Positions 18,501 through 28,007 of a stretch of 64,000 bases of DNA are shown here, piece after piece. How positions within the stretch are numbered: the stretch's first letter is position 1; every line of letters starts with the position of its first letter. The stretch spans positions 1 through 64,000 of IMG/VR virus record IMGVR_UViG_3300021959_006017; one strand, written 5' to 3'. The position numbers and the translations under genes were made by a program. The notes under the pieces were generated by a model that worked only from the letters and a program-made list of their open reading frames with translations, searched no databases and was not told the DNA's origin.

Positions 18501-21360
18501 TGATTTAGAAATCGTAGTAGCAAGTGTTGACACAGGTGGTGAAATACTTACAGTAACAGAAAACTACGAAGCAGCAGTAACAGGAGAATCAGCAAACTTC
18601 ATTGCTACTGTAACAATGTCAGAGGCTACCACAGGTGATATACTTCCATTAGAAGAAATAACATTTAGTGCATTAGCTACATTAAATGTAACTTTTCCAA
18701 ATAATCACGGACTTGTACCTGGAGATACATTTATTACAACAGTTACATCAGATGATGGTGCTAACAATCATAACCTAGCAGCTGGTTCATTCATTGCAAC
18801 GGATATTCCAACAGATGATTCTCTTACATTCCAAGCAAGAGCAGCAGGAAATATAGATGCTGCTACAATAAAATTAGACGGAGTAGTATATCCAAGACCA
18901 GATGCATTCTTTACACATAGACCATATGATGGAGGTGTACAGCTTGGTACAGGCGGTCCACAACACGGTTCGCAAGCAATACGTCAAAGTAAAAACTATA
19001 TTCGTTACCAGTCTGGTAAAGGTATTATGTATACAACTGGTGCGCTATTTGCACCAAGTTATGATTTGCGTAGTGTAACATCAGACGGAGTAGAAGTAGG
19101 ATCAACTATTACTATAGTTACAGACGATAATGACCACGGTGTACAAGCTGGCGGCGTTATTAGATTGATTGGCGTTGAAACTGAAGGTTACAATAGCGGT
19201 ACAGAAAGCTATCACGAACCGAAGTTTGATTATACAGTTACTAGAGTAGTTGACGAAAGAACTTTTGAAGTTGAAGCACAGCGTAGACTAGGAGCAACAA
19301 GTGCAGTACTAGGATTTGCAGCACAAATGAGTGTCGTTAGTTGGCATGGTGCTACAGTACGTTCTGGTATTTTTGACGATCAAAACGGAATTTTTTGGGA
19401 ATACGACGGAACACAACTAAGCGTAGTACAGCGTACTGGTACAAAACAAGTAGCAGGTACTATTGCTATGACTGTAGACGATAGCCAAGTAAGAGGTACA
19501 AATACAAGATTTAGAGATCAGCTAAAAGCCGGCGATAGGATCATCATCAAAGGTATGACACATGTTATTTCTAACATTGTTGATCAAGATACAATGTATG
19601 TAACTCCGGATTTTAGAGGCGTAGTTGATATTAGTGGTGCAAAAGCGATGCTAATCACTGACAAAAAAGTAAAACAAAGTGAGTTTAACTTAGATAGCCT
19701 AGATGGTACAGGACCGAGCAACTACAACTTTGATCATGCTAAAATGCAAATGATCGGTATTCAATACTCATGGTATGGTGCTGGTTTCATTGACTTTATG
19801 GTACGTGGTTCAGATGGTAATTTTGTGTTTGCACATAGAATGCGTAACTCAAACGTAAACACTGAAGCATTTATGCGTTCAGGTAACTTACCTGTACGTT
19901 ATGAAGTTTCTAATGAAGGTCCTCCAGGTAAACTTGTGGCAGATATAGATGCAACCCAAACAAGTCTTGTTTTAGAAGATTCAAGTTTCTTCCCAACTAC
20001 AGGTACTTTATACATCGACAACGAAGTTATTAGATTTACAGGAAATAATAAGACAACAAACACACTTACTGGGCTTACAAGAGGAAGTACTCTTACAAAC
20101 TTCCAAGCAGGCGCAACAAGAGCTTATGCAGCAGGAAATGCAGCATCACATAGTAATAAAACTGGTGTTATACTAATATCACAAACTATTACTCCACTTA
20201 TATCACACTGGGGTAGTGCGTTTATTACAGACGGCGGATTTGACGAAGACCGCGGTTACATTTTCTCTTACACTGAATCTAGTGTTCCTGTTACTACAAC
20301 TAAACAGACAGCATTTTTGATTCGACTAGCACCTAGTGTTTCTAACGCTATTATTGGAGATTTAGGAGAACGAGAACTCCTAAACCGTGCCCAGTTACTA
20401 TTACAAGGTATTGAGTGTACTTCGGATACAGGAACCGGCGGTATTGTTATTGAAGGTGTGTTAAATCCAAAGAACTATCCAACAAACCCAGCAAATATTG
20501 GTTGGCAGACACTAAGTACAGAAGCCCAAGGTGGACAACCTAGCTTTGCTCAAGTTGCAGCAGGTGGTTCTGTAACTTGGTCAACAGGCGCAGCAGCAAC
20601 AACTGCATCGGCAACAGCTATTGCAACTCTATCAGTGACAATGCCAACAAACGAAAACAACGGCAAAAACGATGAAATTGATTTTGATGCTATTGACTAT
20701 GAAACTTCAGGGCCAGTTGTACGGGGTGCTATTGTTAGTTCAACTAACTCAAGTGGAGATACTGTTTATGATGCAGCCGACGGTGTTACTGTACAAAGTA
20801 TTCAGTATAGACAAAATGACAACGACTACAGAATAACAGTGTCGGCTGACCCTGATGATAGATATGATGATGACTTTACATTTACATTTGGTGGTAACTT
20901 ATCTAACAGAAACTTTGTTTATTTAACAAAAACTACTTTTGACAGTACTAACGCTACTATTGGTACAGGAGTTACACAAACAGGCGGAAGTGTTAACTTC
21001 CCAGCTGGAACATTGATATCTCAGATTATACCTTTAAACCACGGCGGCACAGAGTTCTACGAAGTTAGATTTAACAACAGTTTCTCAGGTACATTTGCAG
21101 CAGGTTCAGGAACAATCGAGTTTGAGTTTGTTGAACCACCTTATGCACAGCCAGGTGAAACTGTATTTTCGTTTATTGCTAACCCAGGAGAACGCTCAGT
21201 TCTTAGTTTAAATCAACTAAAAGAACTTACAAATACTACACTAGGTGGTAGAGGTACATTTCCGAATGGTCCGGATGTGCTTGCTATCAACGTGTATAAG
21301 GTTACTGGCACATCAATTGATGCAAATATTATTCTAAGATGGGGTGAAGCTCAGGCTTAA
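15547..21360 (+). CDS. Very large virion structural protein (1937 aa)
   Basis: Thr/Gly-rich; KCERDIG...DLRYGGN module shared with the 1613-aa protein; five internal ~90-aa repeats; blocks DADFEYGLQPTKW and IRQSKNYIRYQSGKG. Confidence 0.7.
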   Translation: MAKRKIDNYVFSPGMSYKDNLVPNAYSLIDSNTNYIIAEAISWIQQEIDADNAPFIGYTYNQSKCERDIGFILSSYKNDLRYGGNEKTRLYAQKYWEGSVSQLDGDRQPEVVTHTYIKNLINNYILTNTAFTSLSDETQVIDTTKTAEASASTTITTLSTFLVDVIENGLGQLPTLDPNTFGYVKMQGKYNLSDILLITNNTTNDVIFNFTNNDTGAVIEVKDAQTVDNSQDVDFPKYLQTTDGVTTLKLNASTASQSADDDLQIFVEYTENGKSLTVTRPYDFGTDAIERMRVAPALSMLDADFEYGLQPTKWSAIGMMRGYPSIYEVPGSELNVSSVTTDASAGTGGVGQSLVTVNTVSPHGFTPGKPITIKALENSVAGASRAEGSFVIVETPSTRSFRYYAKAKVGTTSGEVLSTTYTQLRAAGFYTGSNISSNPVFTVESNGFSGTMVAELTVPTGETRIPYDGNTPELGAPLVHAGGNIPTGSQVTQSITQSSGGGTYLTAGIAQDISNGSNTFTVTDATGIITDLAIDRGDGVAAFITNIIGEDITISDNFTRDISGTTVTYSGVSAAPETGVGFNAKFDVSWTGGTYTVAVGAGINDAGEAYEVGDKIRILGSDVGGFSPDNDIIITVDGIFSLGSINALTATGTAFDGTGNLPGEQPPVEGGLGFGSIFDVTYTDNTYGSVTIDTSGESYTANDVIVIDGNNFLGGSSGTNDATVKVTTVDGSGGITAATVTGTAPNASVNYGVDNVDITYVYSGTTGSGAEFTVTRNGTVYSASIDVAGSNYLPTETFTIDGANLGGVTTTNDCIITVDNVGGSGEISAVSVSGTAANTDTKLAVSGTNLSGTGAIFTIDIAAGVYSVTIDDGGFDYATNQTFVIEGTSLGGTTPTNDATITVSTVDASGTITGATIAGTAITDTGSVTSVGGTNELPEGDGATFDVVRSASAYSVTVIDQGTLYTNGNRMIITGDLLGGQSPLHDLEIVVASVDTGGEILTVTENYEAAVTGESANFIATVTMSEATTGDILPLEEITFSALATLNVTFPNNHGLVPGDTFITTVTSDDGANNHNLAAGSFIATDIPTDDSLTFQARAAGNIDAATIKLDGVVYPRPDAFFTHRPYDGGVQLGTGGPQHGSQAIRQSKNYIRYQSGKGIMYTTGALFAPSYDLRSVTSDGVEVGSTITIVTDDNDHGVQAGGVIRLIGVETEGYNSGTESYHEPKFDYTVTRVVDERTFEVEAQRRLGATSAVLGFAAQMSVVSWHGATVRSGIFDDQNGIFWEYDGTQLSVVQRTGTKQVAGTIAMTVDDSQVRGTNTRFRDQLKAGDRIIIKGMTHVISNIVDQDTMYVTPDFRGVVDISGAKAMLITDKKVKQSEFNLDSLDGTGPSNYNFDHAKMQMIGIQYSWYGAGFIDFMVRGSDGNFVFAHRMRNSNVNTEAFMRSGNLPVRYEVSNEGPPGKLVADIDATQTSLVLEDSSFFPTTGTLYIDNEVIRFTGNNKTTNTLTGLTRGSTLTNFQAGATRAYAAGNAASHSNKTGVILISQTITPLISHWGSAFITDGGFDEDRGYIFSYTESSVPVTTTKQTAFLIRLAPSVSNAIIGDLGERELLNRAQLLLQGIECTSDTGTGGIVIEGVLNPKNYPTNPANIGWQTLSTEAQGGQPSFAQVAAGGSVTWSTGAAATTASATAIATLSVTMPTNENNGKNDEIDFDAIDYETSGPVVRGAIVSSTNSSGDTVYDAADGVTVQSIQYRQNDNDYRITVSADPDDRYDDDFTFTFGGNLSNRNFVYLTKTTFDSTNATIGTGVTQTGGSVNFPAGTLISQIIPLNHGGTEFYEVRFNNSFSGTFAAGSGTIEFEFVEPPYAQPGETVFSFIANPGERSVLSLNQLKELTNTTLGGRGTFPNGPDVLAINVYKVTGTSIDANIILRWGEAQA
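17280..18560 (+). repeat. Five degenerate ~90-aa repeats in the 1937-aa CDS
   Basis: Consensus G.GA.F.V....Y.V.I...G..Y....I.I.G..LGG..P.ND..ITV..V...G.I....GTA; boundaries approximate. Confidence 0.75.
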
Positions 21361-21956
21361 AGTGCCTGTGCAAACTCTAATAGATTATCAAACACATAGG
21401 TTTGTTTTTTGAGCTTTTTGTAGGTAAACTTATTGAGTTCTTTTTCAGTTTCTGAACCATAACCTGTTCTTACAAGCACAGGTCTTGCTCTTGCTTTTAC
21501 AGCAGCCTTTAAATCGTTTAGTTTATCACCTACATAGAATCCTTGCTTGAACTTTATTTGAGGATTTTCTTTTTCACAGCGTTGAAACATTCCAATATTA
21601 GGCTTTGCATAGATATCATCTTTCATACTGCTTGTGCTGTAGTAGAGTGCGTCTATGCTAGGACATCCTGCTTCTCCTAGCAGTTGGAACATATAAGAAT
21701 GTACTTGTTCTACCTGTTCTACAGTTAAACTGCCCTTCATAATACCGCCTTGGTTAGTAATGATAGCAATTTTATGTCCTTTTGATCTTATAATAGCAAG
21801 AGCCTCAAGACTTCCTTCGATAGGTACAAAATCACCCGGCCTAGTAACATATGTTCCTAAGTCTTTGTTTATAGTACCGTCGCGATCTATACCAACTACA
21901 CACTTTGTATATTTGCTTAGATCATCTTGTCCTTGAGGACCCCACATATTATTCAT
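21357..21956 (-). CDS. gmhB: D-glycero-D-manno-heptose-1,7-bisphosphate phosphatase (HAD IIIA)
   Basis: DRDGTIN, ITNQGGI, KPNIGM, VGDKLNDL.AA, LVRTGYG; in operon with hldE/hldD; likely start ATG 21956 overlapping upstream stop. Confidence 0.85.
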   Translation of the reverse strand: MNNMWGPQGQDDLSKYTKCVVGIDRDGTINKDLGTYVTRPGDFVPIEGSLEALAIIRSKGHKIAIITNQGGIMKGSLTVEQVEQVHSYMFQLLGEAGCPSIDALYYSTSSMKDDIYAKPNIGMFQRCEKENPQIKFKQGFYVGDKLNDLKAAVKARARPVLVRTGYGSETEKELNKFTYKKLKKQTYVFDNLLEFAQAL

Positions 21957-22356
21957 CTTTTGGAGTTTCTTCTTCTTTGTTACTTTGACTATCGCCTGGA
22001 ATAATACGATAGTTGTCTTCAACTGAATCCGGTGTGCTTACTTCTGTAATACTAGCACCGTCAGTAAGTGCTTCTAGTTGATGCGGCAAACACGGAGGAT
22101 TATTCCATACATCACCTTCTTTTAGTTCCTGTTCCATAAGTGTAGCATTGTTTGGATTGATGTAACGTAGTTTAAACTTACCGCTGTTTACAAACCAAGT
22201 TTCATCTTTTTCTTTGTGAAAATGCATGCTAAACTTTGAACCTGCTTTTTCAAAGAAAAGAATCTTACCGCAATACTTGTCGTTAGTGGCAAAGATAAGT
22301 TCATATCCCCATCCTTTTTGTACTGCACCTTGTAGTCTAGTTGGCTTATCTGTCAT
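21949..22356 (-). CDS. Cupin-domain protein (sugar isomerase-like)
   Basis: KGWGYE...YCGKIL...FSMHFHKEKDETW.V.SG...PHQLEA...EVST: cupin metal motifs. Confidence 0.75.
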   Translation of the reverse strand: MTDKPTRLQGAVQKGWGYELIFATNDKYCGKILFFEKAGSKFSMHFHKEKDETWFVNSGKFKLRYINPNNATLMEQELKEGDVWNNPPCLPHQLEALTDGASITEVSTPDSVEDNYRIIPGDSQSNKEEETPKDE

Positions 22357-23164
22357 TTATATAATCCTTAATGTTAGTCCAATCAACGTCTATATTATTA
22401 GTTAACTTGTTTATGTTTGCACAGGTGTATTTTTGATATTGACCTTTAAGGTTTTCAGGCATAGGAATATATTCAATATCTGCATTGTATTTTTTTGCAA
22501 TAGTTCTTGCTACTGTTTCAAAACTTTCTGCTGTGCCTGTTCCTACATTGTAGATTCCTGATTGATCTACACCTAGCATTTTTTCGTGTACCCTACACAC
22601 ATCTTCTACACATACAAAGTCTCGCTTATAGTTTTCACTGTTTTCAAATACTTTGATTTTGCCTTGTTTGGCTTGCTTTGTAAACTTAGTATAAGGACTA
22701 GCCATATCGCCTTTTTGTTCTTCGCCATTTGCACCATATACATTGAAATAACGCATGCCTTGAACAATAACTTGAAAGTGTTCTAGATTTTGTGTAACAA
22801 ATCTATCAAACAAATATTTTGTCCAAGCATAAGGGCTTTGTGGCTGTAAAGGACCATTTTCTGTAAAGTGTTCAGTAGGTCCGTACACACTTGCACTTGA
22901 TGAATATTGGAAGTTAACACCTATCATATCACATGCTTGTAGCAAACGTAAACTATGTTCAAGATTCTGTTCCATAATAAAGTCTACATTAGTTTCTGTT
23001 GTGCTACTGTTTGCACCGATGTGCATAACCCAATCATATCCGCTAGGATCTGGAATAGTGTTAGGAATATAATCCCAACCTTCTACTTCGTGTCCTTGTG
23101 CCTGCAAATATAATGCAAGATTTGAACCGATAAATCCTTTATGACCCGTTACTAGTATTTTCAT
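22346..23164 (-). CDS. hldD: ADP-L-glycero-D-manno-heptose 6-epimerase
   Basis: TGHKGFIGSNL, H.GA.SSTTE, YSSSASVYG, PYAWTK (YxxxK), RYFNVYG..E..KG.MAS, LKGQYQKYT.A. Confidence 0.88.
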   Translation of the reverse strand: MKILVTGHKGFIGSNLALYLQAQGHEVEGWDYIPNTIPDPSGYDWVMHIGANSSTTETNVDFIMEQNLEHSLRLLQACDMIGVNFQYSSSASVYGPTEHFTENGPLQPQSPYAWTKYLFDRFVTQNLEHFQVIVQGMRYFNVYGANGEEQKGDMASPYTKFTKQAKQGKIKVFENSENYKRDFVCVEDVCRVHEKMLGVDQSGIYNVGTGTAESFETVARTIAKKYNADIEYIPMPENLKGQYQKYTCANINKLTNNIDVDWTNIKDYINDR

Positions 23165-23714
23165 TAATATCCTCTAATTCAAAAAAGAAAACTTGTGTTA
23201 ACCTAGAATCTTCTAGTTTTGTTCCAAATCCTGTAGTAGTACTTCTATGATATATTTCTCCGTTATAAAGAATCAATCTATTATAGATATTTCCTACTCT
23301 TGCCATTTCTTCCCACTCGTTTGGGTTTAAATGATCTTCGGTAGTGTTATCGCGCCCGTACATTATTTTTGTATTTTTATGCCTATAAAGACTTGTTCCG
23401 TATTCAATGGGTGCATCGGGTGTCAAGTATAGTACACCTGCCCACGGCTCTAAATCGTGGTGTATCCAGTTATCTTCAGGGCCTTCTGCAGACGTAACTA
23501 TCTGAAACTGTTTACTAGCCATTTTGTGTATAGGTTTTTTACCGAATATAGAAATAAACTGTTCTTCAAGAAATTGATTATAAGGTTCACTTTTCCATCT
23601 AGATCTAACACCTGGATGAGTTCCTGCTCCGGCAAACGTTTGTTTGAGAGCAAAGTTTCTAATCTTGTCAGGATCTGGTAAAAAGTTATCTATGACTATA
23701 AGATTAAGATCCAT
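23139..23714 (-). CDS. 2OG-Fe(II) oxygenase-like protein
   Basis: IVIDNF..DPD, WIHHD, WAGVLYLTP, GTSLY, YNRLILY.G..YHRS, RLTQVFF. Confidence 0.75.
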   Translation of the reverse strand: MDLNLIVIDNFLPDPDKIRNFALKQTFAGAGTHPGVRSRWKSEPYNQFLEEQFISIFGKKPIHKMASKQFQIVTSAEGPEDNWIHHDLEPWAGVLYLTPDAPIEYGTSLYRHKNTKIMYGRDNTTEDHLNPNEWEEMARVGNIYNRLILYNGEIYHRSTTTGFGTKLEDSRLTQVFFFELEDINENTSNGS

Positions 23715-24960
23715 TTATTTCTCCAATCAACTTTGTTGTAGAATAGCCGTCTACAGTAGGAACAATATGCACAGGCGCAATATCATGTCCTACAACTTGT
23801 TCTACCGTATAATCGCCACCTTTTACTATTAGGTCGGGTTGTATAGTTTTGATTAACTCATAAGGAGTATCGTCTGTAAATGTAACTACTTCGTCTACCC
23901 AAGGTAACATTTCAAGTTGTGCAACTCTTGTTTGCACATCATTTATAGGGCGATCGCTACCTTTTAATCTTTGTACACTAGCATCTGTATTAACACCAAC
24001 AACTAGTTTATTTCCTAAACTGCGAGCTTCTTTTAATAACTGTAAGTGTCCTTTGTGTAGTATATCAAAAACACCGTTTGTAAAAACCACACCTTTAGTA
24101 AGGTCTTCATGTGTTACAACATGTACACCTCTATATTCAACACTTCGTGCAGCAGCAAAACATGCTTTTGCAGCAGCGTCAAAAACATCTATATCTTGAT
24201 GAATATAATATGCAAGAACTGCAAGTACAGTATCACCTGCACCTGTTACATCTGCTACTTCTTTTACAGGTTCTTGATAGTGTTTGATTCTGCCATCTTC
24301 ATTCATTACAGTAAGCCCATTCTTGCCGTCTGTAACTACTAACCAAGTCCAGTTATACTTTTTCATTTTTAGCAGTGCAGTTTCTTTACGGAAATCGCCA
24401 AACCACTGTTTGTATTCTTTCATATTAGGTTTAACAAGAAACGCACCTTTATAGTATTCAGGATCTTGTTTAGGATCCACAAGTACTTTGCAGCCTCTTT
24501 TAACTAGTGTAGGCACAGTGTCTTTTTTTATAGTACCTTTGTTATAGTCACTTATACAAACAAGATCGTTTGTTACTTGATCATTAATAAGTCTATTAAA
24601 TGCTTCCGTGCCTGTATAATGTTCTTCACGATCCCAACGTACAATGTGTTGCCCGCCTTGTCCTACTAGTCTATTTTTAGTAGTTGTAACCTTGCTATCA
24701 AGTGTTGCTCTAAAATCTATTTTGTTATAAGGTTTAAAACAATCAATAACTCTATAACCTTCTCTGTCTGGCGCTATAGTTCCGTAGATAGCTATATTTC
24801 CATTAAGACTTGCAATATTAAGTGCAAGGTTAGCAGCACCGCCGGGACAAAACTTTTGTTCACTTTCTTTAAGCACAGGAACAGGTGCTTCAGGACTGAT
24901 TCTTTTGGCTTTGCCAATAATCCATCTGTCCAACATAATATCGCCATAAACTCTAATCAT
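23704..24960 (-). CDS. hldE: Bifunctional heptose-7-phosphate kinase / heptose-1-phosphate adenylyltransferase
   Basis: GDIMLD.W..G...RISPEAPVPV, GGAAN.A.N, SDYNKG, VDPK, DVTGAGDT (PfkB kinase) fused to FTNGVFDILHKGH, KG..RPIN, KGGDY, STT (nucleotidyltransferase). Confidence 0.93.
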   Translation of the reverse strand: MIRVYGDIMLDRWIIGKAKRISPEAPVPVLKESEQKFCPGGAANLALNIASLNGNIAIYGTIAPDREGYRVIDCFKPYNKIDFRATLDSKVTTTKNRLVGQGGQHIVRWDREEHYTGTEAFNRLINDQVTNDLVCISDYNKGTIKKDTVPTLVKRGCKVLVDPKQDPEYYKGAFLVKPNMKEYKQWFGDFRKETALLKMKKYNWTWLVVTDGKNGLTVMNEDGRIKHYQEPVKEVADVTGAGDTVLAVLAYYIHQDIDVFDAAAKACFAAARSVEYRGVHVVTHEDLTKGVVFTNGVFDILHKGHLQLLKEARSLGNKLVVGVNTDASVQRLKGSDRPINDVQTRVAQLEMLPWVDEVVTFTDDTPYELIKTIQPDLIVKGGDYTVEQVVGHDIAPVHIVPTVDGYSTTKLIGEINGS

Positions 24961-24965
24961 GCTTT

Positions 24966-24994
24966 ATTATACTATACCTTTATATTTTAGTCAA
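24966..24994 (-). promoter_or_regulatory. Sigma70-type promoter TTGACT-N17-TATAAT for the heptose operon
   Basis: Minus strand: -35 at 24994-24989, -10 at 24971-24966, 5 nt before the hldE ATG. Confidence 0.7.
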
Positions 24995-25421
24995 GAAGAT
25001 TAATAGTTTGGAATACAGTTTCTAGTTTAGTTAGATTGACTTTGCTTTGTAAAGTATTACGCAAACCGTGATGCAGTGGCTTAGGCCATTTTGTAAAACT
25101 ACACCATGCATATCCGTCATGTTCGTCGTTTAGTTTTGGTATAAACTCTTCGTCGACAATACATAGATAGGTATGAAAGTAAAACTTAGTATCTGCACTA
25201 ATAAAACTTTCAAGAGGAAGTGTTTTTTTGATTTCAGGAAGAAAGCCTATTTCTTCTTTTATTTCTCGTTGTAAGCCTTCCCAAGGTGTTTCACCTGCTT
25301 CGTTACCGCCGCCTACAAGGCCCCACATTTCACTTTTCTTTCCACCTACTCTGTGTAGAAATAAAAAACGATTAGTGTTACGTGTATAGAAGAGAGCACC
25401 GCTGCATATAATCTTGTCCAT
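24987..25421 (-). CDS. NUDIX hydrolase
   Basis: GGGNEAGETPWEGLQREIKEEIG Nudix box; LNDEHDGYAW. Confidence 0.88.
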   Translation of the reverse strand: MDKIICSGALFYTRNTNRFLFLHRVGGKKSEMWGLVGGGNEAGETPWEGLQREIKEEIGFLPEIKKTLPLESFISADTKFYFHTYLCIVDEEFIPKLNDEHDGYAWCSFTKWPKPLHHGLRNTLQSKVNLTKLETVFQTINLLD

Positions 25422-25429
25422 ACTAATAG

Positions 25430-26842
25430 TTAGCCGGCTAGTTCTATTCGCCAGGTGCCAACTGGATAATCGCCATCAACAGCTTTTAGCCAATCACCAT
25501 TATCATAGCGGTATTGTATTTGTGTGTTAAGATTTGTAGTATATGTAGTTTCAGAACTTGCATTAGAATCAAAAACAATATTCCATTTTGATCCGTCCCA
25601 TTCGATTATATCATTTGCTTTTGCAACAAGACCGGTCCCATCATTGTTTGTCCATGCTTGAGCATGAACAGTTTGGCCTTCTTTACCTATATCTTCGAGT
25701 ATAAGAAGTCTTAGCCCGTCAGTTAGTCGTGTAAGAGGATTAAATGTTGTAGGATCGATAATATAATCTATACTAGTTCTACCTTCAATAATAGTGTCTT
25801 GTGGAAATGTATCTTCATCAAAGTCTATTTGTATTTGTGTATCGTCTAATGGATTTTGAGCAAACGTGCCTGTCACAGTGACGTCAGTATCTAAGTTTGT
25901 AAGATAAATTCTACTTACGCCTGCTCCATACTGACCTGGTAGTGCTTCAAATATATCTTGCCAGTTTTTAGATCCCACTCTACCGTTCGCATAAAGTTGT
26001 GCAATACCATTTTCTAAATATACTCCATAAGTATTATAGTTTACATTAGCCATTTCATTTGCTAAAATAGTATTTGCTTTTTGTCCAAACTCGTTAGTTG
26101 TTGCACCAGGTACTGGGGCATCGTCAAACTGATTAAGTTGAGGAATACTAATACCATCTTCAATAGTTCCTCTATTTTCGTCAAACATGCTAGTAATAAT
26201 ATTTGTAACAACACCCATTTTCTTAACTTTTACAGGTGGACTAATATAGATAGGAACACTAAATGTAAGTGTTGCAATATCTATTTCACTATCAACGCCT
26301 ACAGGAATACTACGATTTGACCAGTTTACATTTTCAAGGTTTACAACAGTAATAGCAGTCCAGTCAACAAAGTTATCACTTTTTTGCATTTCCAAACTTG
26401 GATTAAAAAGAACTAATATTTGCTCTAGTATTTGTAACTTCTGATCAGTGTTGCTTGCCCATATGTCTGCATTAACACGTAAAATGTAAGGTGTAGGCAT
26501 TAGTCTTTCTACAGTATAGTTTTTACCTTGATAATTTTCGTATTCGCCTGTTTCTTCATTAAATGCACGTTCTCTTATATTAGATTTTTTAACAAACGTA
26601 GCGTCTAATAATCTTGCTTTGTCTAGTTCTAAGCCTGTTATATAAACACTAATACGTGGAGCACTAGGAAGTTTGTTTTCACTGTTCTCTCTAATAATGT
26701 TTGCAACTTGTCTAGTTAAATCACCATACATTACAGGAACATCTTTAACATTGCCCTTTCCATCTTTGACAGGAAAGTTACTCAAAATGCGCATCATTTG
26801 AGTAGTATATCTTCTTATTTGTCCATCATAAAAATGAAGCAT
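25430..26842 (-). CDS. gp15: Tail completion / sheath stabiliser, T4 gp15-like, with C-terminal extension
   Basis: HFYDGQIRRY...VPVMYG...PRISVYITGLELD...P.PY.L....IW..N.DQ.LQILEQIL..FNP; next to neck genes. Confidence 0.7.
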   Translation of the reverse strand: MLHFYDGQIRRYTTQMMRILSNFPVKDGKGNVKDVPVMYGDLTRQVANIIRENSENKLPSAPRISVYITGLELDKARLLDATFVKKSNIRERAFNEETGEYENYQGKNYTVERLMPTPYILRVNADIWASNTDQKLQILEQILVLFNPSLEMQKSDNFVDWTAITVVNLENVNWSNRSIPVGVDSEIDIATLTFSVPIYISPPVKVKKMGVVTNIITSMFDENRGTIEDGISIPQLNQFDDAPVPGATTNEFGQKANTILANEMANVNYNTYGVYLENGIAQLYANGRVGSKNWQDIFEALPGQYGAGVSRIYLTNLDTDVTVTGTFAQNPLDDTQIQIDFDEDTFPQDTIIEGRTSIDYIIDPTTFNPLTRLTDGLRLLILEDIGKEGQTVHAQAWTNNDGTGLVAKANDIIEWDGSKWNIVFDSNASSETTYTTNLNTQIQYRYDNGDWLKAVDGDYPVGTWRIELAG

Positions 26843-28002
26843 TAGTTATCTGCCCTTGGTTTAAGTGCTTTCGTAAGACTTTGTCTTTCTTCTACTTGTT
26901 CGCTACCTATGTCGGAAGTTTTAGTATTATTAATAAACTGTGTCTTATAAGTTTGACGCTCTAATGTATTACTTAGTTCCATACGTATGTCGTCTTGTAC
27001 TTTTACCCAGCGGGTTCCATCATATTTAAACATTCTGTTAGGTAAAAAATCTGTTCTTAAAAAATAATCACCTTCTTGTTTGTCTCTTGGAAACTGTATT
27101 CCAAAACCAAACGGTGCGCCGTTAGGTGTGTCGCTACCTGTTCCAACAAGATAACCTGTATAACCTTCTCTATCAGGTCTGTCTGTGACTTCGTCTGCAC
27201 CTATACTAATATTACTTGCATCTAAATCAGTTTCGTCTGCTGTTTTAAGTGCAACTGAGCCATCATCATTTGTAGCAACAGTATAATAGTGATCAATATC
27301 AAAACCGCTTTTTGGTGAATCTATTTCTGCTTGTGCAACAACAGCATTGTTTATTTGCATTTCTTTTTCGTATGTAGATAGCAAATCTCTTAGTGTAGTG
27401 TCTGAACCTTCTGCTGCTGGTAAGTCGAGTATTTCTGCATATTCTTGTCCGTCGTATATTTGTTTAAGTTTTAAACGATATAAGTGCGGATACCAAGTAT
27501 GTGAAAACCCCTCTGCTGCACGATTTACGTCTTCTATAACATAAAATCTTTTTAGTGCAATATCATAGTCGTTAAGTGCATATTCGTCTTTTAAATGAGG
27601 CAACTCGATAACATCACCTGCCATAGGCTTGCGTCCTATTGTTTTTACAATACTATTAATGTGTACTGTAAGAAAAAGTGTATCATTGCTTAAAAATAAA
27701 CCAAATGCACTAAGGTCAAAGTCTATATCTTGAACGTTGTATATACCACGTGTAGTATAAACATCCGGATCATACTTTCTATCTCTATTTTCTAAAAATA
27801 ACAAATCTTGAATATTTGTTTCTTTTACAACATCATACTCTGGCTGTGTAGAACTTCTATCTTCCTCTGAAGGAGCGTTTGGTCCTATATATTTGTGAAT
27901 ATTGATATCAGTACCGCCAATAGTAAACATTTCATAGACTTGTTTGTCTATAAAATGATAATCATTGCCGCGTTCTGGTTTATATAAAGATAGTCTTGGC
28001 AT
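26842..28002 (-). CDS. gp14: Neck/head-closure protein, T4 gp14-like
   Basis: Start MPRLSLY at 28002; DL..FGLF...D.LF.T.H, P.AGDVIELPH, Y.I.DV, Y.LKL pattern; position beside gp13/gp15. Confidence 0.6.
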   Translation of the reverse strand: MPRLSLYKPERGNDYHFIDKQVYEMFTIGGTDINIHKYIGPNAPSEEDRSSTQPEYDVVKETNIQDLLFLENRDRKYDPDVYTTRGIYNVQDIDFDLSAFGLFLSNDTLFLTVHINSIVKTIGRKPMAGDVIELPHLKDEYALNDYDIALKRFYVIEDVNRAAEGFSHTWYPHLYRLKLKQIYDGQEYAEILDLPAAEGSDTTLRDLLSTYEKEMQINNAVVAQAEIDSPKSGFDIDHYYTVATNDDGSVALKTADETDLDASNISIGADEVTDRPDREGYTGYLVGTGSDTPNGAPFGFGIQFPRDKQEGDYFLRTDFLPNRMFKYDGTRWVKVQDDIRMELSNTLERQTYKTQFINNTKTSDIGSEQVEERQSLTKALKPRADN

Positions 28003-28007
28003 ATACA

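Noticed and set aside
21357-24960. Host chromosomal contamination as the source of the LPS-sugar genes
   Set aside because: Genes overlap or abut phage core genes and share their composition and promoter style; no lpx, waaA or other cellular context.
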